Assembly: GCF_006345805.1 (NCBI RefSeq)
Contig: NW_021834857.1
Span: 1 to 55,595 of the forward strand
DNA from: Octopus sinensis
Taxonomy: Eukaryota
Direction: 5' to 3'
Length of the DNA: 55,595 nucleotides
The translations under genes were made by a program, and so were the position numbers. Below the pieces are notes generated by a model, which was not told the DNA's origin, searched no databases, and saw nothing but the letters and a program-made list of their open reading frames with translations. Positions 1 through 13,253 of the stretch are shown piece after piece (the stretch's first letter is position 1; every line of letters begins with the position of its first letter).

Positions 1-301
1 TTGGCCCCGCTGGTGAAGTCCCTGCTGGCAGTAGTTTTGTAGCTGGAGTTTTGTTACGAGACACACCTTACAACGTAAGGGACGTCACCCTGATATTTCT
101 GCCTGAGAACGATCTCCGTCCTTAGTCATTCACAGAACTCACAACATATTGACGATACTTCAACCACGACCAACCATCACCATCAATGACGATGACAACA
201 ACAACAACAACAGCAACGGCAGCGTTAACAACAATTACCACATCAAACTGTTAGAAATAGTAGGCAAATATCCCTCACATCCGACCCTATCGTCTTAAAA
301 G

Positions 302-628
302 GCATACAATTCGAAGTCCCTCATTGTTTACAGGAAAAAAATGGATCTGGTCTTGAAGGAACTCTTATCTAAATGTTTCAATTAACTGATTTTAATAGAG
401 TTATCACCCTTGTCTGTTGTCTTCTTAGATTTTAAGAACCACCCACCGCTAGAGGGAGTGGCTGTCTATCGCTTGAATAATCTCAGTTTTACACAAGTGA
501 CACTCTACCGTAACATAACTTCTGTTGGCAGCCATATTGTCGATGGTCTGACATATTTCCCAAACTAGGGAACTACTAAGACTGTCTTTGATGGCAGCGA
601 GGCACGTTTAGAGTCGACTCAGGCTTAA
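302..628 (+). pseudogene. Unidentified decayed ORF-like segment
   Basis: Frame +2 reads AYNSKSLIVYRKKMDLVLKELLSKCFN*LILIELSPLSVVFLDFKNHPPLEGVAVYRLNNLSFTQVTLYRNITSVGSHIVDGLTYFPN*GTTKTVFDGSEARLESTQA*, with two internal stops in about 109 codons and no low-complexity sequence. No homology recognised. Confidence 0.25.
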
Positions 629-1256
629 ACAATAACAACAACAACAACAGCAGTTAACACACTGTCACAGAATCAGCTCCAGACATGAATATCATCCACA
701 GATAACTATTAAGTAGGGAGTGCGTGAGATGACTACACGTGACACATCTTCCATTCAAATACGAACTAAACCACTTTACAATATGGCGGTTCTGGTGAAC
801 GTTGCCTTTGCAGCCATAACGAGGCCATCTGGCGGAAGTTTCTCTTCATTACTGTTTGACAGTCTACAATCACCTCTGGCATGTTGTCTACAGATAAAAC
901 AGCTGACCTTGACCTTGCTCTCCTATGTCTCTTCGCCATGTCTCGACAACTTTCTTACACTTCACCTTCCCACAATTCCCACTTTAAAAAAAACCATTTG
1001 ATATTGTTGTTCTACTCTCAGCTTATTTCTTTCCGTGTCTTTTTTTTCTTCTTTTGTTTCTTAATGAGAGACAAAAATTAAAGAAATTAAAAGTATTCAC
1101 TTTGGGAGAAAATGATTGTGTAAGTTTATATATGTATGTATATTAATGTATGTCAGTGTATATCTGTATGTATCATAATGTATATGTGTATGCATATTAA
1201 TATATATCTGTATGTATATTAATGCATATATGTATGTATATTGATGTACATGTATA

Positions 1257-1294
<38 letters not shown>

Positions 1295-1629
1295 GTGTGT
1301 GTGTGTGTGTGTGTGTATACATGTACATCAATATATATGTATATATGTCTGTATGTCTGTATGTCTGTATGTATGTATGTTAATGTCACCCAGTTTAACC
1401 TGGTCGATGGGTACCATTACCGAGGCTTTGCTTGTTACGTAGAAAATGGTTATTATGTGAATGATGTTATTGGGTGGTGTTTGTGCTTGTTGTTGTTGTT
1501 GCTGTTGTTGTTGTTGTTTGTTGTTGTTGGTGGTGGTGCATGGTTTATGTTGTAGCATCTCAACCGGTCATTATATATGTCGTTCTTTTTCGTTTTCTTA
1601 TTGCAATGACTTGATTTTTCTAGTCCTTC

Positions 1630-2089
1630 GTGTTTATTTTTATCACACCTCTTGCTCCAGTTCTTATTGCTGGTGGTTTTACTGTCAGAAACCACATCCG
1701 GTTTATTTCAATGTCACCATTCTTCTACCTTCACAATTCCTCTGCATCTTTCCGGGCCGTGAAAGGCTCAAGATGTCGACACACTACACACAAACTTCCG
1801 TTCTTCTTCACAATTATATCTGGACGGCAAAATAGCAGAAAAAAACGCAATGGTGCTATTTCTTCGTGCCATGAACAGAGCATTTTTAGGTGACCGCAAG
1901 CAAGTTGACCATTGGCTCCCTGCAATGGTTTCATTTGGCGAAGCTCTCCCCACTGCCCATCGTCCGATATTTACCCCCACCCCCAAACCACCTGAAGCAG
2001 CAATCATTCACAGACGATTAAAGGAACACGTCCAACCACACGTGACTCTACCTGTTCCGGCAAAGGACTTTAATGCTTTACACAAGTAA
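1630..2089 (+). pseudogene. Unidentified frameshifted ORF (about 150 codons)
   Basis: Frame +1 TPLAPVLIAGGFTVRNHIRFISMSPFFYLHNSSASFRAV joins frame +2 KAQDVDTLHTNFRSSSQLYLDGKIAEKNAMVLFLRAMNRAFLGDRKQVDHWLPAMVSFGE...DFNALHK* through one frameshift at gtgaaaggct (about 1760-1768). Confidence 0.3.
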
Positions 2090-2266
2090 ACAACGAACAA
2101 ACACGCTCTTTATATTACACACCCACACACACACCTATGAATGTGTGTATATGTATACATATGCATGTGCACATATGTCTATAAATTTGTACGTATATAA
2201 ATATATATGTGTGTGGTGTGTGTACATATATTTATGTATAAGTATATATGTATATATATTTGCGTG

Positions 2267-2299
<33 letters not shown>

Positions 2300-2909
2300 T
2301 TAAGTGTGTGTGTGTATAAATGCAGTCATAGCCATATATGGCCCTCTCCAAAGAGAGATAATATATATAGTGTGTCTTATTACAATACACTTCGTACTTG
2401 AACAAAACAAAAAGCAAAGAAGAAACAAAACAAAAAAAAGCTGAACAACAAAATTTTGATAATATTTCTTTGTTTCTTTTTTGTTTATTTTATTTTCTGT
2501 TTTGATGGAGAAATTCACCAAAACGATGAGCGAAGTGAGCCGAACGGAAACAGAAAAAATGGCCATTATCTTGCCATTAATTGGCTGAGTAATTACATGG
2601 TTTGGGCCTTTTTTTGTGTGTTATCTTATTTAGTGAATTAGCCAGGACCACTCCTCCATGCACCCGGCCGCCTCTCACCTACCATCATCTACCTGAAACC
2701 ATAATTAAAAACCTGTGCGTCTGATTATCAGCTTTTTTACTATCTTCTCTCTTACTACGTCATTATCCATTGTAACAAGATCTTTATTCCTCTCCCTCTC
2801 TCTTCCTCTCCCTCTCTCTTCCTCTCTCTCTGTCTTTCCCTCTGTCTCTATATCGGTATAAGTGGGTGCTTTCGTGTGTTTGCATGAGTGTATATATACA
2901 CTAAAACAC

Positions 2910-2954
<45 letters not shown>

Positions 2955-3093
2955 TGTGTGTATGTATGTATGTTTATGTGTGTGTATATATACCTATGTA
3001 TATATATATATATATATATGTATGTATGCATGCACGTATGTATGTATGTATGTATGTATGTATGTATGTATGTATGTATCTATCTAGCTATCT

Positions 3094-3176
<83 letters not shown>

Positions 3177-3416
3177 AATGTCGAATAATTCAGTTTCTAT
3201 GTGTATGAGCACGCAGACATACATACACACGTAAACACGCACAGATTCTTAAATTTTGGGGTTTAGACTTCAATGTTTTCGGGAATTCACAGTATACTGA
3301 AATCCGAGCAGAACAAACGATATGTTGTTAAACATGCACAGCACATCGATCAATCTATATATGCTTAAAAATCTAATTATTGTTATCCCAGCAGATAATC
3401 TTGGAACTTATATCTA

Positions 3417-3419
3417 TCG

Positions 3420-3491
<72 letters not shown>

Positions 3492-3496
3492 GTCTG

Positions 3497-3534
<38 letters not shown>
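3417..3534. repeat. (TCTA)n microsatellite
   Basis: Direct tandem tctatcta repeats. Confidence 0.95.
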
Positions 3535-3556
3535 AGCCTGGATGTTAATATATCCA

Positions 3557-3719
3557 GGCGTAGGAGTAGCTGTGAGGTAAGTAGCTTGCTTACGAACCAC
3601 ATGGTTCCGGGTTCAGTCCCACTGCGTGGAACCTTGGGCAAGTGTCTTCTACTATAGCCTCGGGCCGACCAAATCCTTGGGAGTGGATTTCATAGACGGA
3701 AACTGAAAGAAGCCCGTCG
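3557..3719 (+). mobile_element. tRNA-derived SINE, 5' head (octopus-type)
   Basis: ggcgtaggagtagctgtgaggtaag (A-box-like) and gggttcagtccc (B-box-like, about 3610-3620). A homologous copy lies on the minus strand at 28929-29068. Followed by (AT)n. Confidence 0.8.
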
Positions 3720-3743
3720 TATATATATATATATATATATATA

Positions 3744-4154
<411 letters not shown>

Positions 4155-4172
4155 TGTATGTATGTATGTATG

Positions 4173-4308
4173 GTGTGTGTGTTTGTGTGTCTGTGTTTGC
4201 CCCCCAACATCGCTTGACAACCGATGCTGGTGTGTTTAGGTCCTCGTAACTTAGCGGTTCGGCCAAAGAGACCGATAGAATAAGTACTTCGCTTACAAAG
4301 AATAAGTC
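4173..4308 (+). mobile_element. SINE 3' portion (continuation of 3557-3719)
   Basis: ctgtgtttgccccccaacatcgcttgacaaccgatgctggtgtgttt...gaccgatagaataagtac...aagaataagtc, matching the body I recall for this SINE family. Confidence 0.65.
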
Positions 4309-4334
4309 AATGAATGTAGCACTTCAGCGTTAGC

Positions 4335-4539
4335 TACAGTTGTTTCGGGAGCACTCCGTTTCTAAAGGTATTGAGTGTAAAAGATCTCGAGTGAAAAGCT
4401 ACGAAATATTTACAGCTGATTATATTGAAGTGGCACTTGATTATGCTAGTAAAATTAACGGCAAATATTACGTAATTTTACGCACGAAATCATTTCTATT
4501 CGTTACTATTAGAAACGGGGTGACACCGAAACAACTGTA
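4335..4539. mobile_element. MITE, Tc1/mariner-type (TA-flanked)
   Basis: Imperfect TIRs of about 31 bp: tacagttgtttcgggagcactccgtttctaa versus the reverse complement of ttagaaacggggtgacaccgaaacaactgta. TA at both ends. Confidence 0.7.
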
Positions 4540-4845
4540 ACTTAAAATGAAGTGGTGCTAAATTTATTCTTCATCTTCTTTATATTCTAAGTTACTCTTC
4601 GTCAGACTTATACTTTGCTCTTATCAGTGATGTACTCCGACCCTCGTGTACGAGTTGACTTGAATTTTTTTTCAAGGTTCATTTCAAGAGTACAGATAGT
4701 TTGGGGTTCGAGTTGGGTGCTGCATCGGAAATGCACCGATTTCCTGTACTATCAACATCTATACTAATATATATACAGAACCATACAAATATATGTATGT
4801 ATATATAAACGTATGTATATCTATCTACCAATCAATAAATATATC

Positions 4846-4876
<31 letters not shown>

Positions 4877-5049
4877 ACATCATCATCATCATCATTTAAC
4901 GTCAGTTTTCCATGCTGGCATAGTTAAAATAGATATGAATTGAATCTATGTATGTATTTTTGAAGCATTCCTGAACAATAACACCACAGGATGTAGAAGC
5001 GAATTGGCCAAGCATTATTCATGTATATTCATATGTGCGCGTATATTAC

Positions 5050-5462
5050 GAATACATTATATATATATATGTATATATATATATGTATGTATGTATATAT
5101 ATGTATAAATGTATAAACAGATATATATACATACATATACATGTATATATATACACACATACACACGGATACATATGTTTTTCTATATGCACATACATAT
5201 ATGTCTGTATACACAAACACACACTCACATACACACATACATACATACATACATTCATACATATATATATACATACACATACATACACGCACATATACAT
5301 ACATACACACATACATACATACATACACACATACATACATGCATACAGCTACATACATACATACACACACACACACATACATACATACATACATACATAC
5401 ACACACACATACACACACACATACATACATACATACATACACACACACATACACACACACAT
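5050..5462. repeat. Compound (AT)n/(ATAC)n/(AC)n microsatellite
   Basis: Direct inspection. Explains the YIHT/MYVC-type ORFs here. Confidence 0.9.
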
Positions 5463-6698
5463 ACAAGATGATGAAATGGTAAGAAGTGATTAATTGTATA
5501 ATGATATCTTTACAAACTGATAAATGTCCCCATGGCATCTGTGAGATAAAAATATTAGCATAACATCACCACCACCCACCACCACCGCCGCCGCCGCCAT
5601 CTCCATCCCCACCATTATCACTCAGATAGACTTTCCCTGGCACCATCACCACCATCATCATTGCCACCGCCACCGCCCAGATAGACCCCTCGCCCCACAC
5701 TTCAATATACTCAAGTTCCCCCGGCCCCTTTACCTGAATACATTCACCGTCACCAACGCCTCCACTCACCCTTTCACACCTGCTCAGGCCACCCTCAACT
5801 CACTTCTCCGGCTTTAATAACGCTAACAATTTCGATACTAATTGTGCCGCCACCTAGTTACTCCTCTCTCCCTCTCTCTCTCCCTCTCTCTCTCTCTCTC
5901 CCACCTCTGCCTCTATCCGTCTCTCTCTCCTACCTCTGTCTCTCTCCTCCTCTCTCTCTCTGCCCTATGCTTCTATCCCCCCTCTCTCTCGCTCTCTCTC
6001 TTTTGGGGTGGTCCTCTGGTAAATACTGGAGGCGGTGGTGGTGGAGCAGTAACGATATCGACATCTGTTCGTGGCATAATCTTGCGTCGAGACGGACACG
6101 GACACACACACACATACGCCCACACACATGCATATATATAGATATATATACACATATGCATACATGCACTATATATGTATATATATAAACATACTACATA
6201 CACTATATAATGTGTGTGTGTGCGTGTGCTTGTGTAAGGTCATAATTTATACATGATATGTGCGTATAAACGTTTGTGGTGTAGGGCAGCAGCGGCGGAA
6301 GTGGTGGGGGAGGGTAGAGGGTAGGAAGCAGGGAAGATGAAGATGACGGGTCAAGTCCATAGGTCACGTGTCAGGCTTTGCAAGTCATGTACATAACGTG
6401 TGCGCATGCGTATACAAAGACATAAATGATCGTGTGTACATACGTACAGAGGCTTCGAGTGACCCGTCGGTTTTTTGTGTCGTCTCTTTGTGTGTTTTTG
6501 CGTTCTTGTCCCACTTTGTAATTTATATTTTATATTAAATTCTATACATATATATATATATATATACGCACACACACACATACATATGCATGTACGGTAT
6601 CTATGTATACATATGTATGAGCATATTCATATATGTAATATGTTGTGTGTGTGTATATATGTCTATTATATATATATATATATTATATATTATATTAT

Positions 6699-6788
<90 letters not shown>

Positions 6789-6997
6789 ATATATATATAT
6801 ATTTATATATGTGTAATATATATATATATATTATTCGAGCATATACATCTATCTCCATGAACATATATACTTATACGTACATACACGTGTACATTCGTGC
6901 ACACGCACGCACATACACACATATCTATATCTAACCCAACCCCACCATATATATAAATATATATATACACAAACATACCTAAGGACTGTATTCCCCT

Positions 6998-7033
<36 letters not shown>

Positions 7034-7344
7034 TTTCTACCCGTCCGTTGTTCCAAGGAAATATATACTCATCTGCAGCTTTCGAATTCTATTTTCTGAC
7101 ATCAGAACTGCTCCCATCATCGCTCTCCACCTCCCCTGAAATGAGGAACCTCGGAAACCTACGAGTAAGACGCGCTCCACACCGCGCAAGTCCCACACAA
7201 TGGAGCACTTTTTGGTACATTCATTGCCGACGCAACACCTGCTCCTATATTGACAATGCAACAACGATCCCTGGGCCTAAATCACAATATCACATTTCCA
7301 ACATCGTCTAAACTTATATAACCTTTTCTCCTCTAGGCGCATAC

Positions 7345-7605
7345 ATACATTTATGGGTAGAGGACGTCACCAACGGTGCAAATAACATGGAATACCTAGA
7401 GAAAAGAGTTAAATGCGTAAACAACGAGAAAAAAGGAAAACAGGACAAGTAAACAAAGAGAAAGGACCCTTCATCAGTTGTCAGCTGTCTATCTACTCCT
7501 CATTTCAAGCATTCAACAACTATATGAGTCTTCAAAGACAGTTGCTCCCATAAATTCTAAAATAAAACTTAGGATTTGTGGAGGGTCAAAGTTGGGAACA
7601 AAAAC
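7345..7605 (-). mobile_element. pLTR-like short repeat, family P2 (CTGATGAAGGG-containing)
   Basis: The minus strand reads gagtagatagacagctgacaactgatgaagggtcc...gtgacgtcctctacccat. Homologous to 24689-24835(+) and 53764-53890(+). Confidence 0.6.
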
Positions 7606-7669
7606 AAGTTGAAATTTACAGAAAAACTAAAGACGAAGGCAGGTGTATTAGTTTGACGCTCGGGAAGGT

Positions 7670-8060
7670 GAGATACATGAACTATTGAGAAATCTGCAAT
7701 TATTCTATCCAGATTAAGAGTTCAGGTTTCTACCTGTAATTATTGGGGCCCTGGGGTATATAACACACTACCTAAAACCAATCTTGAGATATTAGGCTTC
7801 TCAAAACCAGAAAGGAGAAAGCTAATTCGAAGACTACAGATCCAATCCATCACTGGAACTCAGAAGTTTATCATTTAACTAAATATGACCATGTCTAGAT
7901 ATGCAACTCTATGAATGAGAATACATAAAGCATAGAAATCTGCAGATGCAAACAAAAATACGCTGTTGTTGATGTTGAAATTCCAATGAAGGAGCCTTGG
8001 ATCTAGGTTAGAAACCAGCTCTTTCTCTATTGGCAAGAAATCTTGAAATAAACTGAATCA
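7670..8060 (+). mobile_element. Non-LTR retrotransposon 3' end, restriction-like endonuclease type (R4/Dong-like)
   Basis: ELLRNLQLFYPD*EFRFLPVIIGALGYITHYLK / TNLEILGFSKPERRKLIRRLQIQSITGT. Homologous to 42785-43114(-). Has a frameshift and a stop. Confidence 0.7.
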
Positions 8061-8597
8061 TGACATATACACACACATATACAGTCTTCATTCTAGAATG
8101 AACAGCCGCTAACAATATAATTTTTAGAGTCATGTTCCTCAGAGGTGGTGGACACGGAAGGCGTTTGCGGGCAAATTACTGTGTTTATAAGATTAAGATG
8201 GTTTTTAAAATTCTATGAACCGGTGATATATTTTGCCTTCCCATTAATAAAGTGGTGGGAGGGGGTGAGAATCAAATGGCTTTAATATTTAGGGCGGAAA
8301 AGGTGGGTGGGGTGATTATGCTGGTTTGGGATCCAATCTTTTAATGCTGCTATTGTTTTATTTAGTACCTCATCAATTTTCATTCTCCTGAGACAAGCAA
8401 TTGTATTCCATCCATGGCCAATCCATCTGTTTTCTTCTGGCCTCCATGTATTTAATCTTTTATCTCTCCAGTTTTAGTGAAGAGGTGAGGTGGGATTTAA
8501 GGGATATTTGGCTTCTGTTTCCAGCAGGTCAAGAGTGCTTAGAACTTGCTTGTGTGTTGCTGGTCTTCCTGTTGATGTTGCTACACCTGCTGCTGCT

Positions 8598-8633
8598 GAT
8601 GATGATGAAGATGATGATGATGATGATGATGAA

Positions 8634-8671
<38 letters not shown>

Positions 8672-8746
8672 GATGATGATGTTGATGATGATGAGATGAT
8701 GATGATGGAGGTGGTGGTGGTGATGATGATGATGATGATGATGATG
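8598..8746. repeat. (GAT)n trinucleotide repeat
   Basis: Direct tandem gatgatgat repeats. Confidence 0.95.
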
Positions 8747-10107
8747 GAGACGGTTGTATTAATGATGGCCAAGTAGGCAATAATTGCATCTGTGTCACAC
8801 TCAAGAAATGGAGAAAAGGCTGGGAGGGGAGCGACGGTGTTATTCTCACAGAAATAAAAAGAGAAAAATCATTATCACCATGCAGTTTATGGACGCATGC
8901 GCATTCGAATCCGTGCATGTGTATGTGTGTATGTGTGTGTGTGTACGTGTTAGTGTGTGTGTGTATACGAGCACGTTTGTAGGTCCAGGTTGAAGCATTT
9001 AAGTATGTCCTTATCTACGAGCGTATTCGGATGTAGACATGCATGTGTTTGCGAGAATATATGCTTGTATGTATGTGCTTGTGTACGAATCTATGTATAT
9101 ACGTGTGTGTTTGAGTATATATATATATAAATATATGTATATATATATATGTATGTGTTATCTATATATGCATGTATCTTTGTATGTGTTATATATATGT
9201 GGACATATGTATATGTGTATATTACGTGTGTATATATGCATATATATATATGTGTGTATTCATATATGTATCTACATATATACGTGTATATATACATATA
9301 TATATGCACACACACACGCACACACACTCACGCACACACACACACTCACACACACGTACACACATACACACACATACATATATACGTGTGTGTATGTGTT
9401 CACTTGCGTAAACCTTTGCGTGAAGATATTTGTGTAAGATTATGATTGAATCTCTTCCATTTATGAGTAAAACGTATCCGAGTGTAACCTTGTGTCTATT
9501 GATGTGTGTGTTTGTGTGTGTGTGCGTGTGCATGTGCGTGTGTGTTTGTGTGTGTGTTTGTGTGTGTTTGTGTGTGTGTGTGCGTATGTGTGTGTGACAC
9601 TAGATAGTTAGATATATATATATATATATACTTTGATACTTTGATAGGTTTCGGCCATTATTGGCCCAGGCCATGTCTAACTTAATAGCACCACCTGGTA
9701 TATATATATATATATATTTAGAGAGAGAAAGAGAGAGAGAGAGATAGATAGATAGATAGAGATAGAGAGAGAGAGAGAGAGAGAAAGAGAGTGGGGAAAG
9801 AGAGCTTGGGGAGACACGGACAGATAAGAAGTAGAGAAAGTAAATTGATGAAAGAGAATGCAATGAATATATGAATGAGTACGGAGACAATCAAATAATG
9901 ACCACCTGTCGAGTACCTTTTGTTAAGAGGAGGTTTCACTTTACAAGTCTGCCGCAGTTGGACAATCAATCCACTTGCCATTGCAATGAAGTGCAAACTT
10001 GAACGACAGGGAGGGAGAGAAGATGGGGAAGACACCCACACCCTCACGGCTGAAAAACCAGCAGCGCCACCACCAACAATAATAGTATAATGGAAGGAGA
10101 AAACAAG

Positions 10108-10146
<39 letters not shown>

Positions 10147-10195
10147 GAAGATACATATATATATGTATATATATGTAGATATATATATATATACA

Positions 10196-10285
<90 letters not shown>

Positions 10286-10464
10286 CTATATAATATATAT
10301 ATATACATACATACATATATTTTACATGCAAAATACAGATACACACACATATACATACACATATTATATAGACAAAATACCTATATGTATAGATATATAT
10401 ATATTATATATATATGAATATATATATATGGATATATATTATAAGTAGATATATATATAAATAA

Positions 10465-10520
<56 letters not shown>

Positions 10521-11084
10521 CATATATATACACACATACACACACATTTATATGTGTAATGTATGTATATTAATGTACGAGTTTAATTTCTCAGTTTGGA
10601 TAGTCTATGTAATACACTTAACAGCTGGTTGGCGATGAATTATGCATATAATGTATACACATATCGTTATTTGTATGCACATATAGACAGGTGAAATTAT
10701 ATCTAAATACAATATATGTATATTAATATATATGCACATGTGTGTGTGTGTGTGTGTCCTTCGTTATGTTTCAACTATTTATTACTATATGCATATTTAT
10801 ACGGATAAGTGTATTCAGAGACATTTATTAATGTATTGATAGATGAATGAATGTATGTGCATATATATGCATTTATGTATATATGTGTGCATGTATGTAT
10901 GCATATAATGTTTGTGTATATGCATATATGTATGAATGTATGTGTGTATGTGTGAATGTGTGCCTTTATGCATATATATGCATGTCTATGTGTAGGTTAG
11001 CACAAACATATGGGGATACATGTGTTTATAATTTTATATGAATATAAACGACGTGAAAATATATCTATGGACATCCGTCACATG

Positions 11085-11163
<79 letters not shown>

Positions 11164-11234
11164 AACGCACACAGTGGTAGTAGGTAGGTAGATATATATA
11201 TATATATATAGATATATTATATCTATATATAATA

Positions 11235-11241
11235 GATAGAT

Positions 11242-11295
<54 letters not shown>

Positions 11296-11314
11296 CAGGT
11301 AGATAGATAGATAA

Positions 11315-11398
<84 letters not shown>

Positions 11399-11452
11399 GA
11401 GATATTATATATAGATAGATAGATAATAAGATAGATAGATAGATATATATAT

Positions 11453-11507
<55 letters not shown>

Positions 11508-11584
11508 AAAGATAGATAGATAGATAGAGATAGATAGATAGATAGATAGATAGATGATAGATAGATAGATACTAATATAGATAG

Positions 11585-11642
<58 letters not shown>
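11235..11642. repeat. (GATA)n microsatellite array
   Basis: About 400 bp of interrupted gatagata repeats. Confidence 0.95.
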
Positions 11643-11643
<1 letters not shown>

Positions 11644-12504
11644 CAGATGATGCGGCCAACAAAAGCGAGAAAGTGAGATGTGAAAGCTGGAAACAGGTTG
11701 TGGAGTAAGGTTCGGGTAAGAGTAGGTCACGTGAGTCGCAAAACTCATGAATATTCATGAAGACAAATCGAGAAGGCAATTTAGATTAGTGAGTGATAAT
11801 TTCTTACTGGGGAGACTAATTGTTTAGGGGGTGTGGTGTGAGGAGAGGGTTATGATGGTGGTGGTGGTGGTGGTGGTTTTGATGGTTGTAGCAGTTGTAG
11901 TGACGGTAGTGTTTGCAGTGACGTAGCATTGGTGGTGTTGATGGTAGTAGGAATTTTGGTGGTGGTGATAGCAGTGGTAGTGGTGGCTTTTGTAGAAGTG
12001 GTGTTAGCTACGATGGCATCGGTTGTTGTATGGTAGTGTTGGTGGTGGTGCTCTGATGTTTGCATTGGGTGGTAGTTGGGTTATTGGCTGGTCGGTTGGT
12101 ATACTCCTACAATATACTCCGATAAAGTATAAACCAGGATGGAGACTTCATACCACTTGCACAAACCTGTACATCTTCTCCATTGCTATGTTACCATCGT
12201 CAAGACCCTGCAAATGTAAGAATTCAAATAAGAAAACGCATAAATAATGGTCTTTACACACTTCTTTATTTGAAAAAAGTTGAAAAAATTTGAACGATCT
12301 TCACCGTTCATTTTTTTTTTATATTATTCGTTTAGGTTGTTCATTCTTTTATATCGATCAACCGACCGATTGAGTAAACAGAACCATGAAATCATTAATG
12401 AAGCATATCAGAAACAGCTGTGAGTCTAAGATGCACAAACGAAGAAATATGTAAAACCCATTATTTATGCCTTTTCTTATATGTATGTATATATTTATAT
12501 ATAG

Positions 12505-12692
12505 GGAGAATTCACGAAAAAAGCAACAAAAGACGAAGACAGGTGGTGTAGAAAACAAACAGATGTATTAGTATAATGCTCAGGAATTGAAAAAGTCTTT
12601 TACGTTTCGAGCCTACGCTCTTCCACAGAAAGGGACACAGACAGAAACAAGGAGAGAAAAAAATGTGTGTAGTGGCTAACGATTTATCATGG
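12505..12692 (-). mobile_element. pLTR-like short repeat, family P1, with hammerhead-like motif
   Basis: aaagacgaagacaggtg...gtattagt...acgtttcgagcctacgctcttccacagaaagg. Homologues at 7606-7672 (partial), 24535-24670, 29703-29870 and 32804-32960. Confidence 0.7.
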
Positions 12693-12706
12693 CGACTATA
12701 TATATA

Positions 12707-12737
<31 letters not shown>

Positions 12738-13253
12738 CTTCGTAATCAGAGACGCATCTTCGACATCAAGTGGACTGACCGAGTCACCAACACTGAAGTC
12801 CTCAACCGCGCCAAGATACCCAGTATATTCAGTGGCGCTCTCCGCGCTGGCTCGATCATGTATATTGTATGCTGGACGGGAAGATCCCTAAAGACCCCCT
12901 GCATAGGGAATTGCACGAGGACGGCCTCATGTTTGTTTCAAGGACGTCTGCAAGAGAGATATGAAGTCAATAGATCTGGACGTCATGAGATAGGAGAAGG
13001 TCACAAATGATCGCTCGAGCTGGAGGCAAATATTGCGAATGGAAATGAAGCAAAGGGAAGAGAAGCTGGAACTTTCCACCAAGGCAAAGCTATAGCAGTG
13101 CCGATAGAAAGCTTCTTCAAATACAGTCGTTGTATGCGTGACTGCCACTCCCATATGAACCTGTACAGCCACGGCAGACACTGCACCATCATCAGTAGCT
13201 GACACAAAATCTCCAGGAGCAGATCCGTGCTCTCACGAGACTGACGGATGCCT
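12738..13253 (+). mobile_element. RTE-clade LINE 3' fragment
   Basis: LRNQRRIFDIKWTDRVTNTEVLNRAKIPSI...RWLDHV...GKIPKD...RPHVCFKDVCKRDMK...DRSSWR..., then a terminal zinc-finger remnant (SRCMRDCHSHMNLYSHGRHC) and the end motif cgagactgacggatgcct. Frameshifted. Confidence 0.8.

Noticed and set aside
2525-2555. Minus-strand gttcggctc similarity to miR-375
   Set aside because: The seed differs and there is no complementary arm.
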